Of a DNA stretch of 19,078 nt, positions 16,524 to 19,078 are shown piece after piece. Positions within the stretch are counted from its first letter, which is position 1. Every line of letters starts with the position of its first letter. A program made the position numbers and the translations under genes. The DNA comes from an uncultured archaeon (lineage in GTDB: Archaea > Asgardarchaeota > Heimdallarchaeia > Heimdallarchaeales > Heimdallarchaeaceae): NCBI GenBank assembly GCA_964534625.1, contig CAZHRF010000014.1, positions 48,823 through 67,900 of the forward strand, written 5' to 3'. The notes under the pieces are model-generated. The model was not told the origin of the DNA and ran no database searches. It saw only the letters and a program-made list of their open reading frames with translations.

Positions 16524-18998
16524 ATGCTAATAAAAAATAACACCAAAAGGAAAAGTATGTGTTTATTGCTTATTTTTGTATTTACGAATGTTGTATTCAT
16601 TCAAGCTGCACAGACAGATTTCCCGCAAATTATAGAACAAGAAGAAGTTTTATCTAAAGAGGCTAGTAGACAATTTGGAGCTATTGTTTCCGATAATTCT
16701 ATTCTTCGCCAAGACATTTCTACTGAATATGCCAATACATTCAACTATGTTCAAGGCAAAAATAGTTTAAGTACAAACTACCAAAATGATAGTGAGGATA
16801 CACAGTTTTCTCTAGATTCGGATTATTATAGACCAGCTAAGTTTTTCGATCCCAATTCAAGCAATTGGACAGAGTTGCCAACATATTTAGTTGTTGATAA
16901 TCTAACAGGTAACAATCCAGATGTAAGTTTTAGACAATCCATAAACGCTCAAGGTGCTCTCGAACTTAGTGAAGAGACTATATTATATGGTGAAAAAAAC
17001 ACTATTTATCTTTATAATATCTTTCCAGATGAGTTCATCTATGATTTAGATATGAGAACAACAAGTACTATTACCTACTACATGTACGTTAATGGTACTT
17101 TACTTAGTGTCCAAAATGTTAATGGTCATACTAGAACAAATCAATTGTTGATCCCTTCAAACCTAGAGCACGGTGAAATAGAACTATATATTGTCTGCAC
17201 GACTGATACGATGGTTATTTTTAATCCTGTTAAATTAGCTACCAAAGTACTAGAAGAGGGAAAGTCTATATTTGATTCTCTTAGAGTAGAAGTAGATCAA
17301 TACTGGAATGAAACTATTCAAGCATTTGAAGAAAATAATCGAAACTATGATGTGAACACATATAAAATCACAGTAAATCGAGGAACATATAGATTCAAAT
17401 ACGAGAATTTTGATAATACGATTTTAACTGATTGTTATATTTATACTGCTCAGACCATAAATTCTATGTTTTCGACTTCGAATAATAAATATGCTCCAAT
17501 CATAACTCCTTATACGGGGAATAATGAGATGGAACTTTATTTTGACGAAAAAACTACAGTTTACATAGTCATAGATGCCACCCCAGGAGATGATTTTGAG
17601 TATGTTTTGTCTATTAACAAAATTAATCCACCTGTTTTTTCAACAGATAAACAAATTGTACATATAGATAATCCATCACTAACATTCTTGCTAAATCTGA
17701 CAGAAACAAAAATGGTGTGGTTTAATTCCTCTACTTCTTATTTGTTGTATGTCTTCAGATACATGGCTAGCCGTGATTTTTATTGGTCTTTTCTTTCTAT
17801 TACCAGTAACCCTATCTCTGCTAATAAATTACTTTTAGAATCAGGCGTCTATTTCTTCACAATTATTGATGATGCAGGATATGATTTAAAGATTCAATGT
17901 AATTTGGCTGATGTCGATCAGTTTGATTATACTGTAGATACGCAGAAACAATTCTCAATAGAACAGAATATGGGCTTATCAGAACATTACAAAGTATTTG
18001 AAATACCCTCTTTACCTTTGCAATATAATTCCTTTAATATTTCCATAAACAGCAATGCAAATTATTCCGCTGATTTACGCCTATACTTGTTTACGGGTAA
18101 TATGGTGTATAATTTTGGCAATATGGATTATTATATAGGTCAAAAACAAATAAATGGTGAGTTTGTTAGTTATGGCGAAAATAATACCCAGTGCTTGAAT
18201 TTGTTAGATCAAGCCAATATCGACAAGTCCTATTTAGTTGTTGAGATGCGTAATTTATACAATACGACCACTACAGCTTACCCAAATAAAGGAGACTTAT
18301 TTGTTAATCAAACATTGGCTCAATTTAGACTCATTTATGATTCAGACTCTACGCCTGATGTATTGAATAATCACGTTATCCATGATATCGGTTTAACAAC
18401 AGATACTACAGGTTCAACGAGCCACACCGCTAATTTTATTACAACTGAAAGTCTTCTCCACTTATACAATTTCAAGGCTACCATTCGTCAGAATACATGG
18501 TATGAAGTAGAAGTAACTATTATTAACGCGACATTGGATAACACATATCGACTCATCTATCTGACCAATACCTTGGGATATACACAAGGGTATTCGAGAA
18601 ACATTTGGCTACACAATACCTATCAAGTTGGTGAATATTCTTCTTTTCATTATGATTCGTATGATGATTCCAATATTTCTGATGTTAAAGCCTACTTTGA
18701 ATTTGGGGCATTAGATACCAATGTGTTATTACAGATTTTCATTGTTTCACCAGGGGATAATGGTACGATTACTTTACAACTAACTGCACATAGTTGTACA
18801 CTATTTGATACATTAACTATACCTGAAATTGATATACGTAGCTCATTCTTCAGAGACAATGCAATGTTGCTTGCGATTATAGCGGGTGGAACGGTCGTTT
18901 TAGGAGGTTTAATTGGGGGTATTGTTGCTTTAGTAAATAAAGGAAAAGGAACGCCAAAAAACAAACGAAGACCATCAAAAGGAAAAAAACCAAGATAA
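16524..18998 (+). CDS. Large secreted, C-terminally membrane-anchored surface glycoprotein of unknown function
   Basis: Sec-type signal peptide (KRK, hydrophobic core, IQA|A), a beta-rich N/T/Y-rich ectodomain with ~16 N-X-S/T sequons, one C-terminal TM helix and a very basic 20-aa tail. Confidence 0.85.
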   Translation: MLIKNNTKRKSMCLLLIFVFTNVVFIQAAQTDFPQIIEQEEVLSKEASRQFGAIVSDNSILRQDISTEYANTFNYVQGKNSLSTNYQNDSEDTQFSLDSDYYRPAKFFDPNSSNWTELPTYLVVDNLTGNNPDVSFRQSINAQGALELSEETILYGEKNTIYLYNIFPDEFIYDLDMRTTSTITYYMYVNGTLLSVQNVNGHTRTNQLLIPSNLEHGEIELYIVCTTDTMVIFNPVKLATKVLEEGKSIFDSLRVEVDQYWNETIQAFEENNRNYDVNTYKITVNRGTYRFKYENFDNTILTDCYIYTAQTINSMFSTSNNKYAPIITPYTGNNEMELYFDEKTTVYIVIDATPGDDFEYVLSINKINPPVFSTDKQIVHIDNPSLTFLLNLTETKMVWFNSSTSYLLYVFRYMASRDFYWSFLSITSNPISANKLLLESGVYFFTIIDDAGYDLKIQCNLADVDQFDYTVDTQKQFSIEQNMGLSEHYKVFEIPSLPLQYNSFNISINSNANYSADLRLYLFTGNMVYNFGNMDYYIGQKQINGEFVSYGENNTQCLNLLDQANIDKSYLVVEMRNLYNTTTTAYPNKGDLFVNQTLAQFRLIYDSDSTPDVLNNHVIHDIGLTTDTTGSTSHTANFITTESLLHLYNFKATIRQNTWYEVEVTIINATLDNTYRLIYLTNTLGYTQGYSRNIWLHNTYQVGEYSSFHYDSYDDSNISDVKAYFEFGALDTNVLLQIFIVSPGDNGTITLQLTAHSCTLFDTLTIPEIDIRSSFFRDNAMLLAIIAGGTVVLGGLIGGIVALVNKGKGTPKNKRRPSKGKKPR

Positions 18999-19014
18999 GA
19001 AGATTCTAAAAAAG

Positions 19015-19043
19015 TTTCTTTCTTTTTTCTTTTAACTTTTTTT
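19015..19043 (+). terminator. Oligo-T archaeal terminator
   Basis: Several T tracts starting ~17 nt after the stop at 18998. Confidence 0.55.
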
Positions 19044-19078
19044 CATATTTCCGTAAACACTTTCTAACAACGAGAGTC

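Noticed and set aside
18692-18964. Minus-strand 90-aa ORF
   Set aside because: Antisense shadow of the surface protein's C-terminus.

Overview
AT-rich archaeal chromosomal window, most likely from an Asgard archaeon. This is inferred from two longin-like proteins, TTTATAWA TATA boxes 22-23 nt before several ATGs (leaderless mRNAs), AGGTGA/GGAGGT Shine-Dalgarno sites and oligo-T terminators. Left to right: (1) the 5' part of a minus-strand coiled-coil protein, absent from the ORF track, made of exact 21-bp and 39-bp repeats (EAMDKRF heptads plus MVTKSDF beta-layer-type units); (2) a 7TM-longin fusion; (3) an MFS transporter followed by a frameshifted Asp-box/BNR relic; (4) an orphan PAS-PAS-GAF histidine kinase with a non-canonical G1 box; (5) an Arb2/FAM172-like alpha/beta-hydrolase-fold protein without the nucleophile Ser; (6) a ferritin-like protein ending in GG; (7) a longin + 7TM two-gene operon; (8) a prolyl oligopeptidase; (9) a SAM methyltransferase; (10) a palindrome-rich 400-bp spacer; (11) an MntA-HepT toxin-antitoxin pair; (12) tldD-pmbA; (13) a large membrane-anchored surface glycoprotein. 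The best novelty candidates are the 7TM/longin module, present both fused and split, and the archaeal Arb2/FAM172-like protein. All family calls come from reading motifs by eye and from remembered family sequences; no searches were run.
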